The notes under the pieces: model-generated | Database searches by the model: none | Told to the model about the DNA's origin: nothing | What the model saw: the letters and a program-made list of their open reading frames with translations, nothing else | Position numbers and translations under genes: made by a program | Part shown: positions 38,524 through 50,260 of the stretch, piece by piece | Position numbering within the stretch: the first letter of the stretch is position 1 | Layout of the letters: each line of letters starts with the position of its first letter | Source: Macrostomum lignano | Taxonomy: Eukaryota | Length of the DNA stretch: 64,000 nucleotides | Direction: 5' to 3' | Assembly (NCBI GenBank): GCA_002269645.1 | Contig: NIVC01001178.1 | Location: 62,001 to 126,000 of the forward strand

Positions 38524-39221
38524 ATGGAAAAGCGAAATCAAAATCGTAAAGTCCAAGAACAATTGATTCAAGATCTAACTGGGTTTTTTCTGGAGATCAA
38601 CAAGCTTCTTCATTTAATCCTAATTCTAGGCCTTCTATTGAGCCTATTGCTATTAATGAAACTTTGACCTTGACTAGGCCTAGTGAAGTATCAGCTTCAA
38701 TTTTGTTAGAAAGTGATAAGCAGTCAAGTATATATAAAGGAATTAATCATTCTAACAACTGTACAATTTACCAAGATTTTCAAGATGTGATTGATATCAT
38801 TATCAAAGATGATATTCAAAAGGAAGAACAAGAACAAGATTCTACTGTTGAATTTGATGATCTAGTTAGTGATAAAGCTATACCAAGTCACAATGATTTA
38901 ACAACTGAGGAAAAAGCCAATCTGGCCATTGATCTTTTGCAATTCTACCTGAACTTCAATATCCCTGAAAAGGCTATGCTACATCTTCTTAAGCTTTTGA
39001 CTAAGTATAACATTGAAGGATGTCCTACTTCAATGTACCATCTTAAAAAACCTTTGACAAAGAATTTCCAGTTTGGTAAAGTTGTTTCAGTGAAACTGTC
39101 AGCCAATAGTGGATATTCTTATTTATCTATTGCAAGGCAATTTAAAATTTGTCATTGATGCAATCCAATCTAAAAAGTTGAGACCTATTATTCATTTTGA
39201 CAATTTACAACTTCATTTTAA
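38524..39221 (+). pseudogene. 5' part of an outer CMC/EnSpm-type transposase (frameshifted), cut by the piggyBac
   Basis: FNIPEKAMLHLLKLL...SGYSYLSI...LQLHFN. Removing the piggyBac restores QLHFNIDGLP. Confidence 0.75.
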
Positions 39222-41539
39222 CCTCTTCCGAACTGAAGAGGATTTTATTCATCTCCGTTCCGGTCGGATGGTAAGCAGCGCTTACCATAGACTATTCCTT
39301 TCAGCAGAATGGTTTGCTAAGTCTGTGGTCATTCCAGTCTGATAAAAAGACATTGACTATGAATAAGGCCCAAAACTAAGTCTCCATAAACTAACATAGA
39401 AAGTTTTACAGCTGAAGATTATGGCTGCACTCATGGAAGAATTTGAAAGTTTTTCCGATTCGGACTTAATGACGTCCGATGAAGAAGAAGACATCATGTC
39501 AGAGGACGATTATGGTGAGTCGGACGGCCAGAGCACTGCCGAAGAGACGGAAGAGCTGTCTTGGCATTCTGTAGTTGCTGGGCATGACGTGCAAGCAAAT
39601 GTGCACGAGTTTCTAGGGACACCTGGACTGAATCCAGGAATTTGCATACCTGGTGATGTTGAGCAGGCAACGTCCTTTTTTCTCGGTCTTTTTTTGTCCA
39701 ATAGCCTTTTCGAAGACCTGGCAAAATGGACTAATCGAAGAGCCTGGGCGGCGATCCACTCTGTCAATGTCAACGACCTGCCTCGGAGTTTTGCGCAATG
39801 GAGAGATTGCAGTGCGAATGAAGTAAAGAAAGTGTTAGGAATGTGCCTTTACATGGGTTCCAATAAAAAGGCCGAAATGAACGAGTACTGGAGCACAGAC
39901 AGTTACTACAGTACGCCGTACTTTCAAGCACCTCAAGCTCTCTCTAGGGACCGCTTCAAGCAGCTACTTGGTCTGCTCCGTTTCTACGATTGCGCTGAGG
40001 ATCCGATTGTCAACGATCCTCTCTTTAAGATCCGTCCGTTGCTGCAGGCTTTGAAAGAGGCTTGTATTAATGTGTACAGGCCCGAGGAGGATGTGAGCGT
40101 GGATGAGTCTTTGGTGCTGTACAAAGGTCGCCTGCGCTTTAAGCAATATATTCCAACGAAGCGGGCTAAGTACGGAATAAAGCTATATTGTGCATGTGAG
40201 GCCAAATCAGGCTACCTGTACAACTTCCGCGTTCACTCGACCCCAGAGGAGAACCGCCGGTTCGATGAACAGTTGCAGGGAGACAATCTGTCCTTCAGCG
40301 AGAAGATTGTTGTTGAGCTCTGCTACAACTTGTTGCACCAAGGCTACCGCATCTTTGTCGATAAATGGTTCGGTTCCTATCGGCTGTCAGAGTACCTGCT
40401 GACTCAAGGAACGCACCTGACTTGTACCGTCCGGGCCGACCGAGGTGTGCCGATTGAGCTCAGACAGCTGCACGTTCCACCTAACGACGTCGCCTTCATG
40501 CGCAAAGACGGGGTGCTGGCTGTCAAGATCGTTGAACGAAAGGAGAGTGGCCTGAAGACTCTGTATTTGCTGGACACGAAAGAGGCGGCTGAGAGGGTTC
40601 AAACCAGACGCGTGGTTCGTGGAGGAGCAGAAACAGTGGTGCAGAAGAGCAGGTCAGTTCTCACCTACAATCGGTGCATGGGTGGTGTTGACAGAATGGA
40701 CAGTCATCTACAGCCTCATCTGCCAGGGAGGAAAACTACAAAGTGGTTTTTGAAGCTCGGCTTGCATCTTTTTCTTCAAATGATTCGCAACGCTTGGATT
40801 GTGTACAGCCGGTGCGGTGGAGAGAAGACGTTCGCCAAGTTTCTTGAGGCCAGCATTCGGGAGCTGGTGGAGCGTACCGGAACGAGCAGGAAGCGCCCGG
40901 CCGCTGGCATCCAGGCCGCTCCAGGTGGCCCAGTCAGTCCGCATTTTCCAACGAAGATTGTGGCGCGGGACAGTCAGCCAAGACCAACAAAGCGCTGTCG
41001 TGTCTGCTACAGAGCTGGAAGCAGCAAGCGCACGATCTACTGCTGCCCTGAGTGTCCAGGGGAACCGGGGCTCTGCTTGGAAGCCTGCTTTCAGCAGTGG
41101 CATGCCTGATCTTCGACTGCGATTTGGACTAAGTCTGCCTTAATGAATCTATTTGAAGGCAACTGTTCACTCGAACTTAGTCAAAATATAATGCAAGTCA
41201 GTATATTTTAATGTAGTTTGTAAGTTTACTGAGTTATTATGTTTATTTAATGTTTAAAGTTGTCTAACACATATATCACAATGTTCTTTTTTTGCGTTTT
41301 GGAGTACTTTTGCATCTAAATGTACGATCTGTACGATCTGCTTACTTTTGTTTTACTTTGTTAAAATATTTTTCGTATGATTTTATCTTCAGTCGAGTTG
41401 TTTCCAGACCGTGAATAATCTGTAGCAGATTTCAACCAACTGCGGTATAAAAGGCAAATGACAAATTTTTATTTGGAAGGATAAAAGTAAAGCTAGTTCC
41501 TTTTTGAATAAATATTTGTCCATGACCCCTAATGGCTGA

Positions 41540-41571
<32 letters not shown>

Positions 41572-41756
41572 TTTTGAAGAGCTGCTCAATCTGATTTTCC
41601 TAACTTCAATTCTATGGCAAGCTCTGCTTACCATAGCCGACCGGAACGGCCTGTGGCCAGCCATAGACTTATAGAGACTTTCCTCACTCGCGAAAGTTTA
41701 GGCTTGGATTGGAGTGTCAGCGTGGTAAGCACTGCTTACCATCAGACTGCTGGCGG
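39222..41756 (+). mobile_element. piggyBac DNA transposon with intact transposase ORF (2,535 bp)
   Basis: TTAA TSD (39218-39221, 41757-41760); CC...GG ends; 19-bp palindromic subterminal repeats at 39269-39287 and 41723-41741; longer inverted pair at 39255-39290 and 41612-41649. Confidence 0.93.
39421..41109 (+). CDS. piggyBac transposase, 562 aa
   Basis: Acidic N-terminus; DDD triad in VSVDESLV, FVDKWF and MGGVDRMD; C-terminal Cys-rich domain RCRVC...CCPEC...LCLEACFQQWH. Confidence 0.95.
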   Translation: MAALMEEFESFSDSDLMTSDEEEDIMSEDDYGESDGQSTAEETEELSWHSVVAGHDVQANVHEFLGTPGLNPGICIPGDVEQATSFFLGLFLSNSLFEDLAKWTNRRAWAAIHSVNVNDLPRSFAQWRDCSANEVKKVLGMCLYMGSNKKAEMNEYWSTDSYYSTPYFQAPQALSRDRFKQLLGLLRFYDCAEDPIVNDPLFKIRPLLQALKEACINVYRPEEDVSVDESLVLYKGRLRFKQYIPTKRAKYGIKLYCACEAKSGYLYNFRVHSTPEENRRFDEQLQGDNLSFSEKIVVELCYNLLHQGYRIFVDKWFGSYRLSEYLLTQGTHLTCTVRADRGVPIELRQLHVPPNDVAFMRKDGVLAVKIVERKESGLKTLYLLDTKEAAERVQTRRVVRGGAETVVQKSRSVLTYNRCMGGVDRMDSHLQPHLPGRKTTKWFLKLGLHLFLQMIRNAWIVYSRCGGEKTFAKFLEASIRELVERTGTSRKRPAAGIQAAPGGPVSPHFPTKIVARDSQPRPTKRCRVCYRAGSSKRTIYCCPECPGEPGLCLEACFQQWHA

Positions 41757-41925
41757 TTAATATTGATGGACTTCCTCCTTTTCGCTCATTTTTGTTGGTC
41801 TCTGGACAATTTTAATGAGCATTCTAGGTGTTATTTATCCAATACCAATTGCTATTTATTGTGGACTTGGAAAGCCTAATTTGCAAGAATTTACTAGAAA
41901 ATTTGTTAGTGAGCTCAAAGAACTA
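41757..41925 (+). pseudogene. Continuation of the outer CMC/EnSpm transposase after the piggyBac
   Basis: NIDGLPPFRS...WTIL and PIAIYCGLGKPNLQEFTRKFVSELKEL (frameshifted); similarity stops abruptly at 41925. Confidence 0.75.
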
Positions 41926-42099
41926 CACTGCCGTGAGTAGAGTTCGTGCCTTGTCTGATCTGTTTGTTACCTGTTGCGATTTCGTTAGATTTCAGCCGCC
42001 TATTTTATACAGGTGGTATTCTGGCACAGGTAAATGAGCAGAAGCGTTTATTAGCTTTGTGCGAGAAATGAGCCAGCAGCAATTGGCGTTGATGATATA

Positions 42100-43300
42100 A
42101 TAGTAATGTAGTTATCAGTCACTCGGTATTGAGTGGGTGTTACGCGCAGCGAAAATCTAGCGTTGACGTTCTACACAGCAGACATGGCAATATTGCGTTT
42201 ATTTACATCACTACTAGAAAGTAGTCGCCTACCATGCAAGGTTAGATTTTTCTGCGCATAATCTTATGCCTATTGTCAACGCTAGTGCATGGTGGGCCAG
42301 GATTTTAGAAATTTATATAAGTCGTTGATAATGGAATTCCATTCCAGTGCCTAGCCTCATTAATTATGAGTGTCAAGGCGGTCTACTGTGCATGTGGTTG
42401 CTCTTGTTTAGCACAAATTCTCTTGCATTCTGCAGGCTGTGATAATTTCAGCATTATTCAGCAGACAGAATAGTGTGTCAAGCATTCGCGCCTTAGAAGG
42501 TGGGCAATCGTGAGGTAAAAATCTTTACTAGCTGTGATAATATACTGTTCGGATAGATAGGTTTATGCACAGTAGGCAATGCAGTACTGCGGTATATAGC
42601 TTAGGAAAGATGAAATGTGTGCCAAATGATTAAATAATTGCCTCTGCTCATTAAGTATGGGCAGTATGGCGGTCTACTGTGCACTTTGTTCGCCCTTGTG
42701 TGACACACCACTATTGCGTTTTGCCTACTGATAATGTGGCAGACACTATTCAAACGTTATCCAGTTAACAAGATGCGTGTCACTCATGCGCCTTAGAAGG
42801 TGGGCGTTCGAATTTCATAATAGAATTGCCGACGATAGTGCACAGTAGGCAATGCAGTACTGCGGTGATACGACTCTCGACTCTTTGCCTAGACTCATTA
42901 GGTTTGAGTACTATGGCGGCTTGCTATGCACGTGGTTGCCTTCAGGTGGGCAATCGATTTTATGGTTTAAATACCAGAACTTTAATGTCGGCCTTAGTTT
43001 GTGTATAGCAGGCACTGCAATATTGCGACGGCCTATGGCCTAGGTAGGAAAAAATTGCCGTGGCTCATTAGAATGAGTTCATTGGCGGTCTGCTGTGTAG
43101 GTGGTTGCACTTGGGCAGCAGCACAGTATACTGTTGTATTCAGCATGCAGAAAAGTGTGCTGCCCATTCGCCTTAAGCGTGCAATCGTTATTAATCTATT
43201 GGTGAATTGGCTGCGCGTAACATCGCCCGCAAAATGTGCAGTAAAGGTCCGTCAAAGTGTGAGCGGCATCGTTTGGCATTGCTTTGATATTGCTTAAAGA
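42100..43300. repeat. Highly diverged ~270-300-bp tandem repeat
   Basis: CGCCTTAGAAGGTGGGC at 42489 and 42789; GGCGGTCTACTGTGCA at 42377 and 42668; CACAGTAGGCAATGCAGTACTGCGGT at 42568 and 42841. Confidence 0.7.
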
Positions 43301-43744
43301 AATAATAGTTTGCCTACCAAACAAAAAGGCTATTTTACTTTTGGAATATTTATGATTGATAAAATATCCTCTTCTACCGATTAGCTATTCGATGCACGAC
43401 GCTTTGAGTTTTAGACACAGCCTTTATTTGAAAAATATTTTAAACAGCTTTAGAAATGTTTAGAATGTTTTAAAAATTCCGAAAACTTTCCCTACAATCA
43501 GATACTTGAAATACTGTTCAAATTCCATTGATACGTCCAAACTGCAAATGAAATTGTGCATTTATTAAGTGTTATGCTTAGCATTTTTTTCTGTAAAAGT
43601 CTTTCTCTCACTCTCTGTTTAATACCCTATTTTCTTAACCAGTTAGCATCTTCTTATATTAGACAACTTTTCACATTTAGTGTACACACTTGTATGTTTT
43701 TCCAGAGTGTTTGTCTAAGTCTGTCTGATCGTATGTTCATCTCT

Positions 43745-43771
43745 TCAACAGTCTGTCTGTCTCTCTGTCTC

Positions 43772-43814
<43 letters not shown>

Positions 43815-44411
43815 GTCTCTCTGTTTGTCTGTTTGTCTGTCTTTCTGTCTGTTCATCCGTTTAACTATCTTTCTGTTCATCTGTTTATCTGTCTGTCAGA
43901 TTGTATGTTTGTCTCTTTTTCTGTCCATCTATCCATTTATGTATCTATCTATGAACCATATGTACGTCTATTTAATCTATAATATCTATAGAAGCAGTAA
44001 GAGTTAATTAAAGCTCCATTCGACAAAAACTTTATGCAGTGACCCCTACTCTCTACTTCTTTCCTTTCTCCCCTCAGTCTTCTCTCTCTCTTATATCTAC
44101 TGCCTGTATCTGTTTTGTTCAGGGTTCAGTACCAATCGGAAAATAAATATCACCTCCCTCTGGATATGATTTTGGCCAAATGCGTATTAGCCCTATGCCA
44201 AAGGTTAAAGTCTACGCTTAACTGATGGCTGACATGGCAGGCTCCTTGTCCTTTAAATCCAAGAAAGCAAAGCAAATTTAAATTCCATTCGCCACTAAAA
44301 CTCTGGCTCCTTCCTTCTCTCTCCTCTCTCCCTCTCTCTCTCTCTTCTCTCCCTCTCTCTCTCTCCTCTCTCCCTCTCTCTCTCTCTCTATCTCTCTATC
44401 TCTCTCTCTCA

Positions 44412-44450
<39 letters not shown>
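43745..44450. repeat. (TCTG)n/(TCTA)n and (CT)n microsatellites
   Basis: Read directly at ~43745-43950 and ~44320-44450. Confidence 0.9.
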
Positions 44451-44452
<2 letters not shown>

Positions 44453-45062
44453 AGTCTTCACTAGGCCCAGTCATGAGGTCATGACAAAGTTCATATGTCT
44501 GTTTTCTGTCTAATTATCTATGTACTGTTTACTGTCAGTTTGTTAGTTGGCCTGTCTATGGATTACACTATCTTCGTAAGACAGCACAAGTTCGTTGTAA
44601 AACGTTTTTAGTTGAGTAGCGTTAAAACATTAATATTTTCCAGTAGCGCAATAGCGTTAGCGCAAACGGAGTATAATTAGGATTTTTTACAAATATTAAC
44701 AAAGGTTAACAAATTAGCCTAAACAGTTTTCTAAATTAACGTAAGTAAATTGCCATATTGTGACTCCTGTGAGAGTGTATTCTACTTATATTAGCAGCTA
44801 AGCTTTGCTACTCTCCCTTTTGAGTACTTTTTTATTCCGTTTCTTAAAAAATACAATTTTCATTTTAATATAATTTTATAAAATTTTGAATTCGTTCCAT
44901 TTAATTTATAAAAGTTGATAAGGTAGTCAAATACCAACTCAAAGTAATGTTCGTGATTAGCCTATTGAGAATTTATACGAGCAGTGCAGTCTATGTACAG
45001 ACGACACATTACAGACAGACAGTCACACAGCTAATATTAGTTGCACAACTTTCTTCTTTCAG

Positions 45063-45544
45063 ATGATCGTCAAACTCTATTTTAATGAACAGGGAGGCGG
45101 GCGAGGCGAAGGCGGGCGAGGCGGTGGCGGGCGAGGCGGAGGCGGGCGAGGCAGAGGCGGAGGCGGGCGAGGCGGAGGCGGGCGAGGCGGAGGCGGAGGC
45201 GGAAGCGGAGGCGGAGGCGGGCAAGGCGGAGGAGGAGATGGCGGCTGAGGAGGAGATGGCGGAGGAGGAGGAGATGGTGGAGGAAGAGGAGGCGGGAAGG
45301 GTTCAGTGCAAAGTAAGTCTGAATTAGTATAAATGTGTATATACATACACGTATGTATATAAATAGCAAAAACGCTTACAATCATTTTTATATTGTAGAG
45401 AGATGCTTCGTCTGTAAGAAAATAGGGCACATTGCCCGTAACTGCTGGAATAAAAAGAAGCAGCAGACAAAGCAACCATCGCAACAGGAGCAGCAGACAA
45501 CGCAACAAGAGCAGCCGCAACAGCAGCAGGAGAAGCAGGGATGA
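45063..45544 (+). pseudogene. Gly-rich plus CCHC zinc-knuckle gene, copy 1 (exons 45063-45312 and 45399-45544); in-frame TGA at 45246
   Basis: Phase-1 intron CAAA|GTAAGT...TTGTAG|AG joins the GGGR-rich exon to RCFVCKKIGHIARNC and a Gln-rich tail. Confidence 0.7.
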
Positions 45545-45619
45545 CAGTTTGCGTTGTGCATTTTGACTGCATTTGGACTGCGTATGTTAGTTTTGTGTTT
45601 TACTAATGGCTAAATGAAA

Positions 45620-46265
45620 GGGAATAGAGAAAAGAGAAAAGGAAAGAGTAGATAAAATATTAGATGAAAGAGAACATGAATACAGAGAATTAAAATGGAT
45701 AGATTAGAGAAAAGAAAAAAGAGAATAAAGGCGAGAGAAGAGATGAGGGAATTGAGAGGAGAGAGGAGAGGGGGTAAGAGAGGTGAAAGAGGAGACAGGA
45801 GGGAGTAGAGCCGAAAAGACGAGAGAGAAGAGATAAATGAGTAGAGATGAGAAGAGGGAGAGGAGACATAAGCGAGAGGATAAGGGAGAGAGGAGAGGGT
45901 AGAAAGTAGAGAGATGACAGAGCAGAGAGGAGATAAAGGAGAGGAGAGAGAAGAGATAAATGAGTAGAGATGAGAAGAGGGAGAGGAGAGAGAAGCGAGA
46001 GGATAAGGGAGAGAGGAGAGGGTAGAAAGTAGAGAGATGACAGAGCAGAGAGGAGATAAAGGAGAGGAGAGAGAAGAGATAAAAGAGGAGAGAGGAAAAA
46101 GTAGTGAGGAGAAAGAAGAGAGTAGATATGAGAGCGCAGACAGGAGAGATAAGAGAGTAGATATGAGAGCGCAGAAAGGAGAGATAAGAGAGTAGAGATT
46201 TGAGATTTGAGATGAGATGAGAAATGATAGATAAACGAGCAGATGAGAGCAGAGAGGAGATAGGA
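45620..46265. repeat. Purine-rich (GA) low-complexity tract with an internal ~120-bp duplication
   Basis: Read directly. Confidence 0.85.
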
Positions 46266-46904
46266 GAGATAGTGTTATTAAGTAGTGTAAAAAACTGTAT
46301 TTATTTAATTATTTATGCTCTCCTGTCACTAATCCAACTCTCAGTGTCTGCACAACTCTATGCGCTATACAGCTGTAAAATAATAAACTTTATAAGCATA
46401 AAAATATAAAACAATAAGTTCGAAGGTTATACCGATAATTATTGGCATCCAATGTTTATTTCGTAAATGTTTATTCTATAGCCATAAAGAAAAAGAGCCC
46501 CCTACTATAGTACACTTACTAATGCCAGGGGCGTGGGGGAAATACATAAGTCATAGCCATAAAAGTTACGAACAATATATAAACCATCGTCCCACCTTTG
46601 AAGACGACAGCGTCTTCATTCACTAGTTTTACTAGGTCTCAGTCTTTACAGCTTTTTGTGTGTGAAATGTTTGCTTGAAACCTTTCAATAGCTTCATATA
46701 GCTTGAAACCTTTTTAGACGCTTACAATGAATAAAATGCTTAGTATGATGCAATGTTTGTCAAAATCAGAATTCAGTCAGTCAGTTTTTTCTCTATAATT
46801 CTTACAATGCATTTCTCGTGGAAAGGGCTACTTGACCTATGCAGAAAAGTTTTTCTTTTTACCTTATTATCTTTTAGCATTGACCAATTTCTTAGCCACG
46901 ATAC

Positions 46905-47359
46905 ATGTACCCTCACGGAAAAATGAGTTCTCTTCAGAGCCTTGAAAGTCAGCGAAGTCAAGTTTTTGCCCTTTGGTCGGTAGGATGGAGTGGAGCCAAG
47001 ATTTCTGACCACTTATTCTCCATCCACGGTGAGAACAGCCTGAAAAAAACTGCAATTTACGGATGGATCGAACGCTTTAGAGATGGCCAGTCTGCTGTGA
47101 ATGAATTCAAAATGAAAAACTCCAAAAATGGAGATAAAAAAATTTTTGCCATAGATTGTTGAGGTTGTGTAACACTACCCCTGACCTTTGCGCAAGTTTC
47201 TTGCTGTAGCTCTTGAATAAAAAAAGATATCAACATGATTTTAACTTTGTATTCTTTGTGACAAAATTTTATTTAATTTGACACTATGGGCGTGAAATTT
47301 CATGGCTCTGTTAAAGAGCTACGTTAGACATTCCGGGAACTTTTGGGACACCCCTCGTA
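46905..47359 (+). mobile_element. Mariner-like relic (N-terminal HTH fragment and one TIR)
   Basis: ISDHLFSIHGENSLKKTAIYGWIERFRDG resembles the mariner HTH. TTTTGGGACACCCCTCG-TA at 47341-47359 is a mariner-style end; the left end is unclear. Confidence 0.6.
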
Positions 47360-47507
47360 ATAGTGCAAATTTGAAGAAAAGCGGTTCACACAATGTTAAG
47401 TTAAGCCAAAATTCGTATAGATAGATACATAGGTTGGTAGATAGTTCTATTTTTAGTATAACTGAATGATGATGATTAGTCATTTGGTTCGTATTTTCTG
47501 CTTTCAT

Positions 47508-48798
47508 ATGTCAAATTTTTATTTTTATTTCGGCCGCGATGGCGGCCCTGCCGGTGGCGGCCGTGGCGGCCATGGCGGCGGTGGCGGCCTCGACGGTGGC
47601 GTCGGTGGCGGCCGCGGCGGTGGCGGCAACGGCGGTGGCGGCCATCCGGGTGGCGGCGGTGGCGGCCATCCGGGTGGCGGCGGTGGCGGCCATGGCGGCG
47701 GTGGCGTCGGTGGCGGCCGCGGCGGTGGCGGCCATCCGGGTGGCGGCGGTGGCGGCCATGGCGGCGGTGGCGGCCAAGGCGGTGGCGGCCGCGGCGGTGG
47801 CGGCCATCCGGGTGGCGGCGGTGGCGGTAATGGCGGCGGTGGCGGCCAAGGCGGCGGTGGCGGCCGCGACGGTGGCGGCCATCCGGGTGGCGGCGGTGAC
47901 GGTAATGGCGGCGGTGGCGGCCAAGGCGGCGGTGGCGGCCGCGACGGTGGCGGCCATCCGGGTGGCGGCGGTGGCGGTAGTGGCGGCGGTGGCGGCCAAG
48001 GTGGCGGCGGTGGCGGCCAAGGTGGCGGCCGCGGCCGTGGCGGCAGTGGCGGCGGTGGCGGCCATTTCGGCAGTGGCGGCGGTGGCGGCCATTTCGGCAG
48101 TGGCGGCGGTGGCGGCCATTTCGGCAGTGGCAACCGCGGCGGTGGCGGCGGCGGCGGCGGTGGCGGCAGGCGAAGTTATCGTGAGTAAAGCATACACTAA
48201 ATTTTCAATTTAGCAGTCTAAAACATAAATTTGTTGTTAAAATTATTACATATTTCTACATTATCTTAGTTAACGTAAGCAACCTTTTTTTCCAAATTTT
48301 AAATTTGTAGGATGCTATCGATGTAAAGTTCTCGGGCACGTTGCCCGAGAATGTAAATTGACGCGGCGCAACGTAAGTTCATGTGCAAATGTATTTGATT
48401 ACTCTCATTAATTACTAAATCCTTTAAAGACGTTATAGCTGCAAAAGTTTGCGTTTTAATTTTAAGCACACAAAATTTGTGACTAACTGAAAATGATAAT
48501 TAAATTAATATTAAATTTAATTTAGGCCCCTGCTACAGCTGCTCCTGCTGCAGCTGCTACTGCTGCAGCTGATACTGCAGGTGCAGCGGCTGCACGTTCG
48601 GCCACTGCCCGTGCGGCAGCAGCACGTGCGGCAATTGCCCGTGCGGCAGCAGCACGTGCGGCAGCTGCACGTGCGGCAGCTGCACGTGCGGCAAGTATTC
48701 CAGCTGCCGTCTCGACGTCTGCTCCTGCTGCTTCTGCTGAATCTGGGACTGGGGCTGGGTCTGGGGCTGGGGCTGGGGGTAGGTGCGTTGTGCAATAG
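47508..48798 (+). CDS. Gly-rich plus CCHC zinc-knuckle plus Ala/Arg-rich protein, copy 2, ~335 aa; exons 47508-48180, 48311-48372, 48526-48798
   Basis: GT-AG junctions in phase (1, then 0) with no internal stop. GGGHP, GGGQ and GGHFGS repeats; knuckle RCYRCKVLGHVAREC. The start codon is uncertain (47466 is also in frame). Confidence 0.7.
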
Positions 48799-49477
48799 GC
48801 AGTGTTGGGCACTATATTGAAAATTTTAAATTCCGCTATGACGCCAATTATTATTAATGCAAATAAGTTAATTGTTTATAAACACTTAACGGCAGGTCAG
48901 TAGTGTTAATGAAAAGTATTTTCAGGTCTGGCATAGGTATTCTGGCACAGATAAATGTTGATTAGCTCTATGCAGTACATAAAGCCTGGTTCACATTTCC
49001 GCAAATAGCTCCGTGCTTCAAACTAATAGCAGTTCGCCGCCGCTACCAGCTGATTGCGAACGCTACTATCCGTGCGCAGCTCTACTATCCGAAAGTCCGC
49101 CGCTCCTGGCGGACTCTAATAGTGATTTTATTTGGTTCTATTCATTAGAACTAGAAAGGACAATATAACTTTCAATTTTATGCATGGCAAACGAAACCGA
49201 AATGCACCCCATTCACATAAACACTCACAACTCCTTGCTTTGAGTTGTCCGCTTCTGCAGCATGGATGGCAGGGGTAGGTGTACAGTAAATTTAAACGAT
49301 GGTGTCATTGCTCACTGCTTACTGTACAATGAGTACAGACAATTTCTTGCGCAACCAGACAGGAGCACAGCTGGAGGCCATATGAAACGAATAGAACCAT
49401 GCTCTATTCTTCACCCCACACTCCACACAACTTGATACCTTGAAATGTCCGACTTGTCACACGAGACTCCGGAGTTG

Positions 49478-50260
49478 GATGCAACTGATAGATGAAGTTG
49501 CCAAACATGAAGTTGTCTACATCTCAAGCCGAAAATTCAAGGATCAGCAGGCGAAAACCAGCGCATGGAATCAGATCGCTGAGACTTTGGGCAAGGATGC
49601 AACTTGGTGCCTCAAGCGGTTTCAAGGTCTCAAGCGTGACTACTTTGTTTTCCGGCGTGGAAGCAAGCTTTCGAGTGGAAGTGCGGTCAAGCCTACTCCC
49701 AGGCGGTTGGGAATATACAGTCGCATGAACTTCCTGGACAAGTGTGACTACATTGGCGATACTACCTCAAATGTGCCTCCGCCCACACCAGAACTTGTAG
49801 CTGTGGGATCTGCTGGACCCTCTCAGCAGGCAACTTTGGTCAATGAAAAGGCGCAAGTCGAGCAGAGGCACAGGCTGCAACAACTGACCCCAGTGAGGCG
49901 TCAATGCGAGAGTTTGCGGAAAGTGCGCCAAGGAAGGCCAGAAAGGCAACTGCAACAGAAGCATCAAATCTGGATACTGCCCTCAGCCAGTTGACCCAGC
50001 AACTGACAAAAGATGAGGACGAATATGCCTCCTTTGGCCAAGCAATTGGACAGGCCATCCGTCGGCTTCCAACGCAAATTGAGCGCGACTATGCCATGGC
50101 GCACCTGCGGAGCGAGTTGTTCACAATCCAACTCCACGGCCTGCCCCGAAGCGTTGCCATCCGAACTGAGCCTGCCGCTGATGCCGCTGCTGGATCAGTT
50201 TCCTTCGACGACATGCTCGGCTCCATCATATCCACGGTCACACCTCCCAATGACTCCTAG
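49478..50260 (+). pseudogene. Harbinger Myb/SANT (MADF) plus BESS-like DNA-binding protein, with one frameshift near 49840-49900
   Basis: LIDEVAKHEVVY...KDQQAKTSAWNQIAETLG...CLKRFQGLKRDY; C-terminal DEDEYASFGQAIGQAIRRL...LF. Confidence 0.85.

Noticed and set aside
47511-48213. Poly-Ala and poly-Pro ORFs in other frames or strands (also 45009-45520)
   Set aside because: They are shadows of the GGC/GGT-rich exon; only the Gly frame splices in phase to the CCHC exon.
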